Source: Polyangiaceae bacterium
GTDB lineage: Bacteria > Myxococcota_A > Polyangia > Polyangiales > Polyangiaceae
Assembly: GCA_965222375.1 (NCBI GenBank)
Contig: CBDCTZ010000014.1
Span: 864,001 to 928,000, forward strand
Direction of reading: 5' to 3'
DNA: 64,000 nt
Shown: positions 60,402 to 64,000 of the stretch, piece by piece
Position numbering within the stretch: the stretch's first letter is position 1
How the letters are laid out: every line of letters begins with the position of its first letter
The notes under the pieces: model-generated
What the model was told of the DNA's origin: nothing
The model's database searches: none
The model's input: only the letters and a program-made list of their open reading frames with translations
Program-made: the position numbers and the translations under genes

Positions 60402-61494
60402 CTCGCGGGTTGGGCAGCGGCGCACATGCCGTAGGGGGCGTGCGGCCGCCGAGCTGGGCAAGGGCTTGCCGTCGAGCGGCCTGACAGGCGAGAAGGCTTG
60501 GCGTGGGCGTTGACGCGTCATTCATTGCTTCTTCGTCCTCTCCTTCTCCCTCGCCCATCTCGTCTTCGGGAGGCGGGGGTGGAGGACGGAGCACCTTTTC
60601 CACTGCACGCGCGCAGGCTTCGGCGGCGGCGCAAGCATGCTCTACCAGCGGAAGCGAGCTGAGCGCGCGGCGCGCGACCGCCTGTTCTGCCGAGCTCAGC
60701 TTGCGGGACGGGCCGACGAGTTTGGCTCGGGTTTCTGCTAGCCGCGGTCGAGGCGCATCGAACCCTTCAGGATCCACCCGTTCCAGATCGCTGTAGCCAG
60801 CTACGGGCTCGGCGTAGCGTGGCTGAAAGTCGTGTTGGACCACACGCAGGGGCGTGAGCACGATCACGCCGTCGCTGAGCCGGCCCTCCCAGCGCGCTTC
60901 CTTTGGCGAGTCGCTGCGCCGCCAGCTGAGCACGCGCTGCTGGTCCCAACGCCCGTCCCTTGCCCGAACGTAGTAGCGGTCCCGTTGCACGCACAGCAGC
61001 TGGTCTACGATCCCGCGACAACCCAGCACGTTCGACAGCGCCAGGAACTGCGCAGGGATCAATCCGCGCTTTCGAAGGGGAACGCATTCGGGCTGCTCCG
61101 GCCCTTGCAGACACAGCGCCTTGCCGAGTTCATACGCGTCACAGGCGTCGTAAGAGCCTGCGTCGCAAGCGTCCATGAGCACCCGCATTCCCCGTTTGCG
61201 CGAGGTGGCGTCTTTGCGGTAGCCCAGAGCTACGCCGAGCTGTGTGCAGGGACACTCGGCGACTTCCCGCGCCCCCGTAGCTTTCTCGGGCTTGCTTCTA
61301 CAGCGCCGCGTCAAAGCGCGCAAAGCAAGGTCTGTCGGCGGGTCCGACCAACTCAACTTGGCGGAGCAGGTGTAGCCGTCGTTGCCCGGTCGAGGCGCCT
61401 GCAGCGCTGCCTTTCGACTTTCCGGCTTCGCCGTCGCGCACGCCGCGAGCGCTGCCGATAGCGCGAAGTGGCCGAAGACCGAAGCGAAGCGCAT
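60367..61494 (-). CDS. Hypothetical Cys-rich lipoprotein (possible Sel1-like segment)
   Basis: LAAC lipobox; C..LG...AC..G...AC pattern. Confidence 0.55.
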   Translation of the reverse strand: MRFASVFGHFALSAALAACATAKPESRKAALQAPRPGNDGYTCSAKLSWSDPPTDLALRALTRRCRSKPEKATGAREVAECPCTQLGVALGYRKDATSRKRGMRVLMDACDAGSYDACDAYELGKALCLQGPEQPECVPLRKRGLIPAQFLALSNVLGCRGIVDQLLCVQRDRYYVRARDGRWDQQRVLSWRRSDSPKEARWEGRLSDGVIVLTPLRVVQHDFQPRYAEPVAGYSDLERVDPEGFDAPRPRLAETRAKLVGPSRKLSSAEQAVARRALSSLPLVEHACAAAEACARAVEKVLRPPPPPPEDEMGEGEGEDEEAMNDASTPTPSLLACQAARRQALAQLGGRTPPTACAPLPNPRATAPPRPVPSR

Positions 61495-61568
61495 GGCGCC
61501 TACAACTACGCCACGGGGCGAGTCGACCTTCCTCGTGCCTGCTGCGTGCTCCGTGCTATGCCCGTGCG

Positions 61569-63857
61569 ATGGTCGAATCCGTGCAGGCCGCGCTGCTCAC
61601 GCGGCAATGGATCGATCGTCGCGACGGTGTTGAGCTGACGTTTTGGGCGGTCTCGGAGGCCGGGCCGATCAAGATCGTGCTGTCGGGCCAAGAGGCCGTG
61701 CTGTTCTTGGATCGCGAGGTGTCGAACCAGGCGGGGCGGCGCAAGCCGGTGCAACTGAAGAGCCTCTCCGGGCGACCCGTCGATGCCGTCTACTTCACGA
61801 ATCAGCGCGACCTTGTCGCCGAGCGCGCGCGGATCCGCGAGGGCATGAACCGAACCTTCGAGGGCACCATCAAGCCGCAGGATCGCTTCCTGATGGAGCG
61901 ATTCGTCACCGGGGCGATCTGCGTGGAGGGCGAGCTCATTCAACGCAACGGATTCCTGGAAGCGACCAACCCCCGCATCCGGGCCTGCGAATACACCCCG
62001 AACCTAAAGCTGCTCGCCTTCGACATCGAGACTGATGGTTTGGAAGGCGAGTTGCTGTCCATCGCGGTGGCCGGCGCGGGGGGCGAGCGGGTGTGGATGC
62101 GCAGCGACCCAGCGGGTGCGGAGCACCCGAGCTACACCCTCGTCGTCGACGAGGCTGCGCTGATCAGCGCCTTTATCGAACATGTGACGCAAGCAGATCC
62201 CGACGTGCTTTGTGGTTGGAACGTCATTGAATTCGACCTCGCCACCCTCGAGCGCAAAGCCCGAGAGCGTGGCATCGACTTCAAGCTGGGGCGGGGCGGC
62301 GAGCGCGCGAAGGTCTTGCCACCGCAAAGCGTTCAGCAGCCCTTCGTAGCTCGGGTCCCTGGGCGCGTCGTGCTCGATGGCGTGGCTACGCTTCGATCGG
62401 CGACCTACGCCTTCGACAGCTTTCGCCTCGAGGACGTAGGGCAGACCCTGTTGGGGCGTGGCAAGAAGATCGAGCACGGCGGCGATCCCGTCGCGGAGAT
62501 CCGTCGGCTCTTCGCCGAGGACAAACCCGCACTAGCGGCCTACAACCTCGAGGACTGCCGCTTGGTGCTCGACATCTTCGACGCCGCCGACCTGGTGGGC
62601 TTCGCCGTGGAGCGACAAGCGCTGACGGGGCTGCCGATGGATCGCCAGGGTGGCTCGGCGGCGGCTTTCGACAACCTCTATCTGCCGCGCTTGCATCGCC
62701 GGGACTACGTCGCTCCCGACGTGGGCGACGGCATGGAGGTCGTGCACAGCCCCGGGGGCTACGTGATGGATTCCGCTCCCGGGCTCTACGACAACGTGCT
62801 GGTGCTCGACTTCAAGAGCCTGTACCCGAGCATCATTCGGACCTTTGCGATCGATCCCCTGGGCCTCGCGGTGCCCGGAGACGATCCGATCCCCGGCTTC
62901 GAAGGCGGGGCCTTCGCGCGGGAGGGTCACATTCTGCCAGCGCTGATCGAGGGCCTGTGGTCCGCTCGGGACGAGGCGAAACGCCGCAAGGACGCGGCGC
63001 GGTCTCGGGCGATCAAGATCTTGATGAACTCGTTCTACGGCGTGTTGGGTAGCGGGGGCTGTCGCTTTTTCAGCCCCAAGCTGGCCAGCTCAATCACGCT
63101 CCGGGGCCACGAGATCATCCTGGAGAGTCGACAGTTCATCGAGGCGCGGGATTTGGAAGTGATCTACGGCGACACGGACTCGCTATTCGTGCACGTGGGC
63201 AAGGCCGATGACGAAGAATGCGCCCGGATCGGCCGGGCTTTGGCTCGGGACTTGAACACGTATTGGACCCAGCGCCTGACGGACGTCTATCGCATCGACA
63301 GTCACCTCGAGCTCGAGTTCGAGACCCACTTCCGTCGCTTTCTGATGCCGACGATGCGCGGCTCCGACAAGGGAAGCAAGAAGCGCTACGCGGGCGTCAT
63401 TGGGCACGGCCCGGAGGCCTCGCTGGTGATCAAGGGCCTCGAAGCGGCCCGGACGGACTGGACGCCACTGGCCCGGCGCTTTCAACGCGAGCTGCTGCGC
63501 CGGGTTTTCATCGGAGAGCCATGGCGTGAGTGGATGACGGATCTGGCCCGCACGCTGCGAGCGGGAGAGCTCGACGATGAGCTGGTCTACCGCAAACGCG
63601 TTCGCAGGAGTTTGGACGAGTATGAGAAGAACGTGCCGCCCCACATCCAAGCCGCCCGAAAACTCGGCCGTCCCACTCGCGAGATCCGCTACGTTATCAC
63701 CAGCCAAGGCGCCGAACCCATCGACCTGCCCCACGCCCGCCTCGACTACGACCATTACCTGGAGAGACAGCTCGCCCCGGCGGCAGACTGCGTGTTGCCA
63801 TTCTTGGGCACCAGCTTCGACGCAGTGGCGGGAAGGCAGATGGTTTTGTTTGAGTGA
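61569..63857 (+). CDS. polB: DNA polymerase II (family B)
   Basis: FDIET and GWNV..FD exonuclease motifs; DFKSLYPSII, KILMNSFYG, IYGDTDS, KKRYAG, KGLE. Confidence 0.95.
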   Translation: MVESVQAALLTRQWIDRRDGVELTFWAVSEAGPIKIVLSGQEAVLFLDREVSNQAGRRKPVQLKSLSGRPVDAVYFTNQRDLVAERARIREGMNRTFEGTIKPQDRFLMERFVTGAICVEGELIQRNGFLEATNPRIRACEYTPNLKLLAFDIETDGLEGELLSIAVAGAGGERVWMRSDPAGAEHPSYTLVVDEAALISAFIEHVTQADPDVLCGWNVIEFDLATLERKARERGIDFKLGRGGERAKVLPPQSVQQPFVARVPGRVVLDGVATLRSATYAFDSFRLEDVGQTLLGRGKKIEHGGDPVAEIRRLFAEDKPALAAYNLEDCRLVLDIFDAADLVGFAVERQALTGLPMDRQGGSAAAFDNLYLPRLHRRDYVAPDVGDGMEVVHSPGGYVMDSAPGLYDNVLVLDFKSLYPSIIRTFAIDPLGLAVPGDDPIPGFEGGAFAREGHILPALIEGLWSARDEAKRRKDAARSRAIKILMNSFYGVLGSGGCRFFSPKLASSITLRGHEIILESRQFIEARDLEVIYGDTDSLFVHVGKADDEECARIGRALARDLNTYWTQRLTDVYRIDSHLELEFETHFRRFLMPTMRGSDKGSKKRYAGVIGHGPEASLVIKGLEAARTDWTPLARRFQRELLRRVFIGEPWREWMTDLARTLRAGELDDELVYRKRVRRSLDEYEKNVPPHIQAARKLGRPTREIRYVITSQGAEPIDLPHARLDYDHYLERQLAPAADCVLPFLGTSFDAVAGRQMVLFE

Positions 63858-64000
63858 GGGTTGACATCAAGGGGTGCGTTCACACGTAGCGAGTCCTCAA
63901 CGGAGACGCAGGCGAAGTCGAGTGTGTTGTGATCCTGAGCGACTTGGTGTGATGGCGTGAAGGTGAAGCTATGGAGCGCTTGACTCGCGCGAAGCGTCAT

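Noticed and set aside
63858..64000. Promoter or ncRNA after polB (TTGACA at 63861)
   Set aside because: No convincing -10 element or recognisable RNA fold, and the region is cut by the window edge

Overview
GC-rich bacterial chromosomal window. Many lipoproteins with Gly/Ala/Ser/Thr linkers, Cys-rich exported proteins and sigma54 elements suggest a myxobacterium (Polyangiaceae/Sorangiineae-like; inference). Recognisable genes: murE (3' part), an ArsR-methyltransferase (SahR-type) regulator coupled to metH, an EF-G paralog, a GH31 glycosidase, glutamine-dependent nadE, a Dpp/Opp-type ABC transporter, an L,D-transpeptidase, mutH, a radical SAM enzyme, TetR plus acyl-CoA dehydrogenase, and polB. 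One IS1182-like element sits between CTAG direct repeats. Two loci stand out. (1) A ~600-bp module after metH has 16 tandem ACGnnn hexamers, three hairpins (one sequestering the Shine-Dalgarno) and a four-helix-bundle (IVS-protein/Avd-like) gene, at the start of an accessory tract. (2) A tightly coupled operon has an exported isoaspartyl-peptidase-like Ntn hydrolase, a cation:proton antiporter, a 1401-aa antiporter/helical/P-loop/wHTH fusion and MscS, followed by a sigma54 activator and nadE. Several genes in the first 8 kb are frameshifted or interrupted, which could be biology or assembly error. No rRNA, tRNA or CRISPR array was seen. All family calls come from motif recognition by eye, not database searches.
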